Assembly (NCBI GenBank): GCA_038134525.1
Contig: JAYPVI010000013.1
Span: 40,577 to 64,576 of the forward strand
Length of the DNA: 24,000 nt
Direction of reading: 5' to 3'
DNA from: Crocinitomicaceae bacterium
GTDB lineage: Bacteria > Bacteroidota > Bacteroidia > Flavobacteriales_D > Parvicellaceae
In this document: positions 17,028-24,000 of the stretch, piece by piece
Position numbering within the stretch: the stretch's first letter is position 1
Layout of the letters: each line of letters starts with the position of its first letter
Position numbers and translations under genes: made by a program
Notes under the pieces: generated by a model
Told to the model about the DNA's origin: nothing
Databases searched by the model: none
Seen by the model: the letters and a program-made list of their open reading frames with translations, nothing else

Positions 17028-17805
17028 GATGATGTTTTTGAATAATTTGTTTGCTAAAAAGGTTGTAAATCTCTTTAAGATCTTGTTCGTTCTTGAGTAA
17101 ATCTAAGTGATTTTCTATTATTTCAGTATCCTTTCTTACTGCAGGACCGGTTTGTAATACAAATGGATTTTCTTTAAGTATATTTTCTATTGATTGATCT
17201 AACAATGATTTTAAATGATCAAAATCGATATTATTTTTTAAGCAATAAGTTTTTACAGAGCTCATTAAATGATAGGTGAAGTTATTTGTAATTACTGCAG
17301 CCACATGTAATCTTTTTCTTTTTTTAGAGTCGGCATATTCGTGTTTGAAACCAACCCTAGAACAAAGTGCTAATAATTTTGAGTAATCATCTTTTTTTGC
17401 TGCTTCTAAATAAAAAGAGACCTTATCCCAGTTTACTTTTTTTGTTTTACTGATAGTTTGAAGAGGGTAAAGGCAACACCACCTTGAAGTTTTTTTTTCA
17501 AACTTGCTAGATTCTAAACTACCAGAAGTATGTATCATCAGTTTATTTTTGTAGGGAAATTGATCAATAATTTCCACATATTGATCATCATTTACAGCAA
17601 TTATATATGCATCACTATTAGATGGGATTTGTTTAATGTCATCAATGTATTGAGTTTGTAATAATTGAACGAGATCAGTTGGTTCTTGATTACTTGAATT
17701 TAAAATGGCATCAATTTTGTAACCATGATGAAAAAATTGCTTAGAAAGTTGAGTGCCTACATTACCAGATCCAATGAATGTAATATTTCTTATTGTTGAC
17801 TCCAC
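17017..17805 (-). CDS. Rossmann-fold NAD(P)-binding protein with a DUF2520-like C-terminal domain
   Basis: N-terminal dinucleotide-binding loop ITFIGSGNVGTQL. The C-terminal helical half (AAVITNNFTYHL...TGPAVR) resembles the DUF2520/ProC-like family. GTG start. It overlaps kdsC by 11 bp. Confidence 0.62.
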   Translation of the reverse strand: MESTIRNITFIGSGNVGTQLSKQFFHHGYKIDAILNSSNQEPTDLVQLLQTQYIDDIKQIPSNSDAYIIAVNDDQYVEIIDQFPYKNKLMIHTSGSLESSKFEKKTSRWCCLYPLQTISKTKKVNWDKVSFYLEAAKKDDYSKLLALCSRVGFKHEYADSKKRKRLHVAAVITNNFTYHLMSSVKTYCLKNNIDFDHLKSLLDQSIENILKENPFVLQTGPAVRKDTEIIENHLDLLKNEQDLKEIYNLFSKQIIQKHHHEL

Positions 17806-17818
17806 TCAAAATTATCTT

Positions 17819-18334
17819 TTACATTTCTTGAATATAATGATACATAGAATTTAGCAATTCTTTTTTATCACCGTCAGGTAATTCATAAAGTTGTTCTTGA
17901 AGCAATGTTGAGGCCTGAAAAATATCTTCTTCAGAAAAGGGGCCTTCTAAATTTTCTATAACTGTTAACGCTTCTAGAATTACCATATAGTTTCCTGTAC
18001 ATGCAGCTTGTGTAATTTCTTTAATATAATCACCTACATCGATCCCTGAACTCCAAATTGAAAAGAGAATGAGTTCTTTAACATCATTAGAATCATCTTC
18101 TAAATAGGGTAATAGATAGTTGATGGATTGATCATTTTTAAGCTCTGAAAAAATACTTTTAACCTCTTGTTTTATTTCCTCATCATTGGATTTAGTGTAA
18201 AGATTAACAAGAGGATCTATTAATAATTCATTCCCCTTAGATCTCGTTTTCTCCAATGCTTTTTGAACTATCCCTGGATCTTTACTAGTTAAATCTTTGG
18301 CTATTTGTTTGATTACTTTTGTTTGAATTTCCAT
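17819..18334 (-). CDS. Hypothetical acidic all-helical (HEAT/ARM-like) protein
   Basis: This 171-aa ORF sits in a coding-dense operon context. Its composition predicts helices with repeat-like segments (DPGIVQKALEKT..., DDSNDVKELILFSI...). I recognised no catalytic motif. Confidence 0.4.
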   Translation of the reverse strand: MEIQTKVIKQIAKDLTSKDPGIVQKALEKTRSKGNELLIDPLVNLYTKSNDEEIKQEVKSIFSELKNDQSINYLLPYLEDDSNDVKELILFSIWSSGIDVGDYIKEITQAACTGNYMVILEALTVIENLEGPFSEEDIFQASTLLQEQLYELPDGDKKELLNSMYHYIQEM

Positions 18335-18388
18335 CTATAAATTAATTGAACGCAAAAGTAAAATTTTTAAAAACTTAATTTAATTTAT

Positions 18389-19069
18389 TTATTCTCTTTC
18401 ACCAAAAATAGAGCTTCCGACTCTTATCATGTTACTTCCACAATCAATAGCAATAGGGTAGTCTCCACTCATTCCCATTGAAATAGTATCAAAAAGGTGA
18501 GATTCAAAATGAGATTTAATGGCTTCAAAATAGGTTTTTAGGGAATTAAATTCATGTCTAATGATTTGTTCATTTTCTGTAAATGTAGCCATTCCCATTA
18601 CTCCACATATTTCTAAATTTTCAAGTAAATCTAATTTTTTTTGTTTTAGTAAATCTTCAATTTCCTCTAAACTAAAACCAAATTTGTTATTCTCTGTAGC
18701 GATATGGAATTGCAATAGGCATTTGATTTTTCTATTACATTTTTTAGCTTGTTTATTTATTTCAAGTAGTAATCGTTCACTGTCTACACCATGAATCATG
18801 TGTACAAAAGGAGCTATATATTTTACTTTGTTACGTTGCAAATGACCAATCATGTGCCATCTGATGGTTTTGGGAAGATTTTGATATTTTAAAACCAGTT
18901 CTTGAACTTTATTTTCGCCAAAATCAAGATGACCATTGGACATCCCTTCTAAAATCAATTCTTCAGGTTTGGTTTTGGAGACCGCTATTAGTGTCACATT
19001 TGCTGGAATACTTCTTTTAATGCTGTCTATTTTAGAAGCGATCATTTCAAATTTTTTGATGTTATCCAT
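18389..19069 (-). CDS. yggS: YggS-family pyridoxal-phosphate homeostasis protein
   Basis: PLP-lysine motif LIAVSKTKP, FGENKVQE, HMIGHLQRNKV and C-terminal MIRVGSSIFG. 226 aa. An alternative start is Met9 (ATG 19045), which would form an ATGA overlap with the upstream hydrolase stop. Confidence 0.9.
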   Translation of the reverse strand: MDNIKKFEMIASKIDSIKRSIPANVTLIAVSKTKPEELILEGMSNGHLDFGENKVQELVLKYQNLPKTIRWHMIGHLQRNKVKYIAPFVHMIHGVDSERLLLEINKQAKKCNRKIKCLLQFHIATENNKFGFSLEEIEDLLKQKKLDLLENLEICGVMGMATFTENEQIIRHEFNSLKTYFEAIKSHFESHLFDTISMGMSGDYPIAIDCGSNMIRVGSSIFGERE

Positions 19070-19977
19070 TTGTCAATAAATTCATAAACTTCGATATTAT
19101 TGATTTCATTGATCATTTCATGTCTACCTCCTTCAAAAAGTTTTAACTCGACATCTTGTAAATCAGCTTTTTTCATTTTATGAAATACTTCTTCAACTCC
19201 CTTGCCATAAAAACCCACAGGATCTTCTGAGCCACTAAATAATAAAACAGGAGTTTTTTTATTCATTTTTTTCATATGTTCTCCGTTATTCACCATCAAA
19301 ACTCCATGAGCTAAATCAGCAAAAAATTGATTTGAAAATATTTGCATACAGTAAGGGTCGTTAACGTATTTCTCTACAATGTTTTCATTTCTGGTAAGCC
19401 AATCTCTATCTGTTTTTTGTTTCTTAATTCTTTTGTTAAAATCGGCAAAAGTTATGCTTTGCAATAAATTTGATCGACTTTTTTTTCCTGTTAAAAACCC
19501 TAAGGCTTTTGCTAGGGGTTCCCCTCCGATTCCTTTTATTCCAGGATGGCCACTTGTAGCTGATAAAATAAGTGCATCGCCAATTGAGGGATAATTTATA
19601 GCTAAAGATCTAACTAAAAGTGAACCCATGGAATGGCCAAGGATAATGTGTGGCAATAAGGGTCTCTTATTACTAAATGATTCATGAATAAATTTCAAAT
19701 CATTTACGACTTTGTCCCATCCATTTTCAAATGAAAAAAATCCTACTTTAGATAGTTCTCCAGCTGTTTTACCATGCCCTCTTAGGTCAGATGAATAAAC
19801 AAAGTACCCTTTGTCATTTAACCATTTAGCAAAATGATTATATCTACCAGCGTGTTCGCTCATTCCGTGAACCAAATGAACATAAGCATTTGGATTGGGT
19901 ATAGCCCATTCGTATATTGTTAATGTCGTTTCATCATGCGATTGCAATGTAGTATTTGAGAAATCGATCTCTTTCAT
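19042..19977 (-). CDS. Alpha/beta hydrolase (lysophospholipase / monoacylglycerol-lipase-like, Hydrolase_4 type)
   Basis: Oxyanion-hole region LVHGMSEHAGRY, nucleophile elbow GHSMGS, a late acid (SGSEDPV) and His (GGRHEM). 311 aa. Confidence 0.8.
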   Translation of the reverse strand: MKEIDFSNTTLQSHDETTLTIYEWAIPNPNAYVHLVHGMSEHAGRYNHFAKWLNDKGYFVYSSDLRGHGKTAGELSKVGFFSFENGWDKVVNDLKFIHESFSNKRPLLPHIILGHSMGSLLVRSLAINYPSIGDALILSATSGHPGIKGIGGEPLAKALGFLTGKKSRSNLLQSITFADFNKRIKKQKTDRDWLTRNENIVEKYVNDPYCMQIFSNQFFADLAHGVLMVNNGEHMKKMNKKTPVLLFSGSEDPVGFYGKGVEEVFHKMKKADLQDVELKLFEGGRHEMINEINNIEVYEFIDKWITSKNLK

Positions 19978-20090
19978 TGTAGTAAATATAGTATTGTTAT
20001 TCCATTAAGTAAAATAAAGATAATACGTCATTTTAATTACTATACATCTTGTAATTGTACTTTTAATTTTACTTAATTTCGCCAATCGTA

Positions 20091-23000
20091 ATGAAATGGC
20101 TAGATTACTTATTGTCAACACGTGCTATGGCACTTTTACTTTTGCTGATGGCTGCGTCAGTGGGTGCTGCAACTTTCATAGAAAATAGTTATGATACCAT
20201 TACAGCTAAAGTACTGATTTACAATGCAAAATGGTTTGAGCTTATTTTGTTTTTATTACTGATTAATTTCATTAATAACATAAAGACCTATCAATTATTT
20301 AAATGGAAAAAGTGGTCTATACTAATGTTGCATATTGGTTTCATTATCACACTAATAGGTGCATTTATAACAAGGTATATTGGTTTTGAGGGTGTTATGC
20401 TTATTCAGGAAAATACATCATCTCAACAAATATTCTCTTTAGAACCCTATTTGCAAATTGCAGTACACGATGAAGTAAATCAATATTTAGTAGACCAGCA
20501 ACACTTTTTTTCTGCTGTAAATACGTCATACCCATCCGTTTCTTTCAATTTCCCAAAAAAAGGACAAGTTGATGTGAAAGTGCTAGAAAGGATTGTAAAT
20601 GCGGAAAAAAAATTTCAAACTGACGTACCTGGAGGTTCATTATATCTTCACCTTATTCTTCCTGGAAGAAAAGATTTGTATTTGAAGGATGGTCAAGTTG
20701 AAGAAATGTTGGGGATTCCCTTTTCTTTAAATAGTAATGAAAGAGAAGATGCTATACGTTTTTATTTACAAAATGACAGTTTAAAGGTGTTTGCACCATT
20801 TGAAATGCAAAAATTAGACATGGCAAGTTTAACTGTTGCAGATCGTCAAAAAGGTATGGATCAACTTCCACAAGATTCCCTTACACCTCTGCAAGTTCAT
20901 GATGTGGCAGAACGAAATTTGCTTTCATTTTTAGGTCAGCAGATCATGATAAATAGCATTGAAAAAAAAGCAAAATTGGATTGGGTATCTACAGAGAACA
21001 GTGATTTACCTGATGCACATTTGGTACAAGTGGTAGTGAACGGTGAATCATCTCAGGATTATATGATTGGTAAGGCTGGTATTAGACCTACTTCTTCTTT
21101 ACTAAAGTGTGATGATTTATTTTTTGCGATTGGCTATGGATCTAAGGAAATTGATATTCCATTTAATGTGGCCTTAGACGATTTTAGATTGCTAAAATAT
21201 CCAGGATCTGATAGTCCTAGTAGTTACGAAAGTGATATTACCATAAACGATCCAAAGAACGATTACTCCTCTTCTCATAACATATTCATGAACAATGTAG
21301 TGGATTATGGGGGCTATCGTTTTTTTCAATCCAGTTATGATTGGTCTGATGATCAATCTAAAAAAGCGGGTTTGGATCCAGATATCACTATTCTTTCCGT
21401 AAATCATGATGTTTGGGGAACTTGGGTCACTTATGTTGGCTATTTACTGCTAGCTATTGGTTTGTTAGGGACGCTATTTAATCCATCATCAAGGTTTGTA
21501 GACATTAGGAGGAAAGTCATCAAGATGAGAAATAAAAGACAAGCTGTTGTTGGTTCACTTATCTTCTTCCTATTTTTTGGACAAACTGGCTGGTCAAATG
21601 ATAGCATATCTTATGAACCAATTCCACAAATACAAGCAGATTCTTTAGGAATACTGTTAACTCAAACTTTTGAGGGGCGAATTCAACCTACTCACACGTT
21701 AGCATATGATGTGATTCATAAGATATCTAAGAAGAGTAGCATTACTACCTCTGATGGTGTCGAACTAACTCCTATACAGGTTTTTATGGATTTCATGGTG
21801 GATAAAAAGTATTGGATTAATCAAAAAATTATTTACATCAAAAAAGGAACAGGTGTCACAGATTCATTAGGTATTTCTGGTAATTATGCTTCAGTAGCTG
21901 ACTTTTTTAATGAGGACGGATCCGAAAAACTAGCACTGCAACTTAAAAATTCTTTTGCAAAGAAGGATATTGATAAAAATGTATTTGATAAAGAACTGAT
22001 CAAAGCCAATGAACGAATGAACATTGCTCTTCAATCAATGAACGGTCACATATTGAATATATTCCCCATTTCAGGTGATGAAAATAACAAATGGGTTAAT
22101 TGGAAAGATGAATACGCTCAGCAGCCAATAGATACAACAGATGAGCATCTTTCAAGCATATCTCTCTCAAGAATATTTAGGTCTTATATTATGGAATTGG
22201 CTGAAGCAAAGAATTCCAATAATGATAGCACAGCCCAAAAATTATTTAACACAGCCCAAGAATTATTGAATTTTATCAAATCTTATCAGATCAAAATTTC
22301 ACCAGATGAATTACTGATGAATATGAGTGAAATTGAAGATGAGATATCCTACAATAAATCTAATTTATTTATTAACATTAAAGACTATTATGGTTATTTA
22401 GCCATTTTTTTACTTGTTTTTTCTTTTTGGCATTCTCTTATTTCAGATAAGTCCAAGCGAGTTTTTAAAGCGGTTAATATATTCCTTTGGATCTGCATAA
22501 CTTCTTTAGTTGTTGTCTTTGTCATGCATACGTATGCTCTTGGGCTGAGATGGAAAATCACAGATCATGCTCCTTGGAGTAATGGCTATGAGGCACTCAC
22601 TTTTATTTCCTGGGGTGCAGTTTTAGCAGGTTTCTTATTTATTAGGAGTTCTAAAATTACATTAGCAGGTACCTCACTGCTTGCATTTTTCATTTTAATG
22701 ACTGCAGGACATAGCAGCTTTGATCCACAATTAACCAATCTGCAACCCGTGTTGAAATCATATTGGTTAATGATTCATGTGGCGTGTATAACGATAAGTT
22801 ATGGTTTTTTAGGACTTGGGTTTGTCTTAGGGTTAATCAATGTTTGTAACTACTTATTCTTGAAGTCAGGAAGTAAAAACCTGAAATCAATCATTTCAGA
22901 ATTAACCTATGTGAATGAAATGACATTAACTATAGGTCTTGCTCTTGCCACCATTGGAACGTTTTTGGGAGGGGTTTGGGCTAATGAATCTTGGGGGAGG

Positions 23001-23312
23001 TATTGGGGATGGGATGCAAAAGAAACATGGGCTTTGGTGATAGTATTAACCTATGCGGTTGTGTTGCACTTAAGGTTAATACCAGGTCTTAAAAGTAAGT
23101 TCATTTTCAATGTGGCTTCTATTTTATCTTTTTCTAGCGTATTAATGACCTTTATAGGTGTTAATTACTATTTGTCAAAAGGATTGCATAGTTATGCAAG
23201 AGGAGAGACACCTGCATTTCCATTATGGGCTTGGATTACTATTTTTTCAATCATAACAATTATTACTATGGCTTGGTTTAATAAGAAACGATTAAAGACG
23301 TCTACATCTTAA
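20091..23312 (+). CDS. ccsA: Fused cytochrome c biogenesis system II synthetase CcsBA (ResB-like N-terminal half + CcsA C-terminal half)
   Basis: The N-terminus has ResB-like TM helices and a large periplasmic domain. The C-terminus has multiple TM helices with the tryptophan-rich WWD motif WGRYWGWDAKETWA and flanking conserved His residues. 1073 aa, as in other Bacteroidota fused proteins. Confidence 0.85.
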   Translation: MKWLDYLLSTRAMALLLLLMAASVGAATFIENSYDTITAKVLIYNAKWFELILFLLLINFINNIKTYQLFKWKKWSILMLHIGFIITLIGAFITRYIGFEGVMLIQENTSSQQIFSLEPYLQIAVHDEVNQYLVDQQHFFSAVNTSYPSVSFNFPKKGQVDVKVLERIVNAEKKFQTDVPGGSLYLHLILPGRKDLYLKDGQVEEMLGIPFSLNSNEREDAIRFYLQNDSLKVFAPFEMQKLDMASLTVADRQKGMDQLPQDSLTPLQVHDVAERNLLSFLGQQIMINSIEKKAKLDWVSTENSDLPDAHLVQVVVNGESSQDYMIGKAGIRPTSSLLKCDDLFFAIGYGSKEIDIPFNVALDDFRLLKYPGSDSPSSYESDITINDPKNDYSSSHNIFMNNVVDYGGYRFFQSSYDWSDDQSKKAGLDPDITILSVNHDVWGTWVTYVGYLLLAIGLLGTLFNPSSRFVDIRRKVIKMRNKRQAVVGSLIFFLFFGQTGWSNDSISYEPIPQIQADSLGILLTQTFEGRIQPTHTLAYDVIHKISKKSSITTSDGVELTPIQVFMDFMVDKKYWINQKIIYIKKGTGVTDSLGISGNYASVADFFNEDGSEKLALQLKNSFAKKDIDKNVFDKELIKANERMNIALQSMNGHILNIFPISGDENNKWVNWKDEYAQQPIDTTDEHLSSISLSRIFRSYIMELAEAKNSNNDSTAQKLFNTAQELLNFIKSYQIKISPDELLMNMSEIEDEISYNKSNLFINIKDYYGYLAIFLLVFSFWHSLISDKSKRVFKAVNIFLWICITSLVVVFVMHTYALGLRWKITDHAPWSNGYEALTFISWGAVLAGFLFIRSSKITLAGTSLLAFFILMTAGHSSFDPQLTNLQPVLKSYWLMIHVACITISYGFLGLGFVLGLINVCNYLFLKSGSKNLKSIISELTYVNEMTLTIGLALATIGTFLGGVWANESWGRYWGWDAKETWALVIVLTYAVVLHLRLIPGLKSKFIFNVASILSFSSVLMTFIGVNYYLSKGLHSYARGETPAFPLWAWITIFSIITIITMAWFNKKRLKTSTS

Positions 23313-24000
23313 GCCTTGCTTGTGCACTTACTGAAAGGTCTGCAAATCTTTCTTCCATTTCTAGAAAATAACCACTCATCGCTATCATTGCAGCATTATC
23401 TGTACAAAAACTTATTTTAGGTATATGAACATGAAGCCTTTTCTGGTTTCCTAGTTGAATAAATTTTTCTCTTAAATGTGAATTGGCAGATACACCTCCT
23501 GCAATCCCAATATCTTGACAAGGATATTCTTCTAATGCTACTTCAAATTTCTGGAGTAAATAATCAATAAGATGAGATTGATATGATGCGCAAATATGAT
23601 TTAATTCTTCTTGAATAAAATGAGGATTTTTATTTTTTTCTTTATTTAAAAAATAGAGAAATTGTGTTTTGAGTCCACTAAAGCTATAATCAAGTCCTGT
23701 TACATTGGGAAATGTAAAATTATATTTATCATTTATTCCTTTTTGGGCATGTTGGTCAATTAAGGGTCCTGCCGGATAACCTAACCCAAGTAGCTTTCCA
23801 GCTTTATCAAAAGCTTCACCTATGGCATCATCTATCGTTTGGCCTAAAATTTCCATGTCCAAAGGGCTTTTTACTAGTACAATTTGGGTATGGCCACCTG
23901 AAACAGTTAAACATAGAAAAGGGAAAGAAGGTGGAGCGTATTCTACTTCCTTCTCTTGAATAAAGTGAGCATGCACATGTGCCTTCATATGGTGAACTTC
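23302..24000 (-). CDS. tsaD: tRNA N6-adenosine threonylcarbamoyltransferase TsaD, N-terminally truncated by the window edge
   Basis: The frame stays open to base 24000 (EVHHMKAHVHAHF is the metal-binding HxxxH region). SGGHTQIVLV, GEAFDKAGKLLGL, GIAGGVSANSHLR and FCTDNAAMIA are TsaD/Kae1 motifs. Confidence 0.93.
   Translation of the reverse strand, partial: EVHHMKAHVHAHFIQEKEVEYAPPSFPFLCLTVSGGHTQIVLVKSPLDMEILGQTIDDAIGEAFDKAGKLLGLGYPAGPLIDQHAQKGINDKYNFTFPNVTGLDYSFSGLKTQFLYFLNKEKNKNPHFIQEELNHICASYQSHLIDYLLQKFEVALEEYPCQDIGIAGGVSANSHLREKFIQLGNQKRLHVHIPKISFCTDNAAMIAMSGYFLEMEERFADLSVSAQARLKM

Noticed and set aside
20091-23312. The giant 1073-aa membrane ORF as a novel fusion protein.
   Set aside because: Fused ResB-CcsA (CcsBA) system II cytochrome c synthetases of about this size are established in Bacteroidota and Epsilonproteobacteria. 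The WWD motif and overall topology fit that family.
1-24000. CRISPR arrays, tandem repeats, IS elements or long inverted repeats anywhere in the window.
   Set aside because: Reading through the intergenic regions (none longer than 252 bp) and the coding regions showed no periodic repeat-spacer structure and no transposase-like ORF. Only short chance repeats of 7-9 nt in AT-rich spacers were seen. A computational repeat scan was not possible.

Overview
This is an AT-rich, very compact chromosomal segment that looks like a Bacteroidota (Flavobacteriia-type) genome. Supporting signs are a T9SS type-A C-terminal sorting domain, a fused ~1070-aa CcsBA cytochrome c synthetase, a TAnnTTTG -7 promoter box in front of the tRNA, and a tightly coupled DUF2520-kdsC-ubiA-maf block. 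I support 25 protein-coding regions (two cut by the window edges), one tRNA(CAU), one weak promoter box and one weak terminator hairpin. Most genes are housekeeping: phoH, purC, ribBA, lptF/G-like, tag, aroQ, maf, kdsC, yggS, ccsBA and tsaD. Accessory-looking genes are two GT4 glycosyltransferases, creD, a family-2 sulfotransferase, katG with a lipoprotein signal, a beta-lactamase-family T9SS cargo, and a few small proteins of unknown function. I found no CRISPR array, transposase, integrase, phage genes, toxin-antitoxin pair or recognisable defence genes, and no long repeats by eye. I did not find convincing evidence for a complete novel multi-gene system. The best leads are: (1) a secreted serine hydrolase separated from its T9SS sorting domain by one in-frame TAG; (2) KatG carrying a textbook lipoprotein signal plus an internal Met that would give a normal cytoplasmic enzyme; (3) a UbiA/DGGGPS-like prenyltransferase translationally coupled to kdsC and maf; (4) the window's longest non-coding gap, which holds a 42-codon uORF joined by ATGA to a zinc-ribbon plus small-membrane-protein pair. 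All family calls come from motif recognition by eye. No database search or computation was run.
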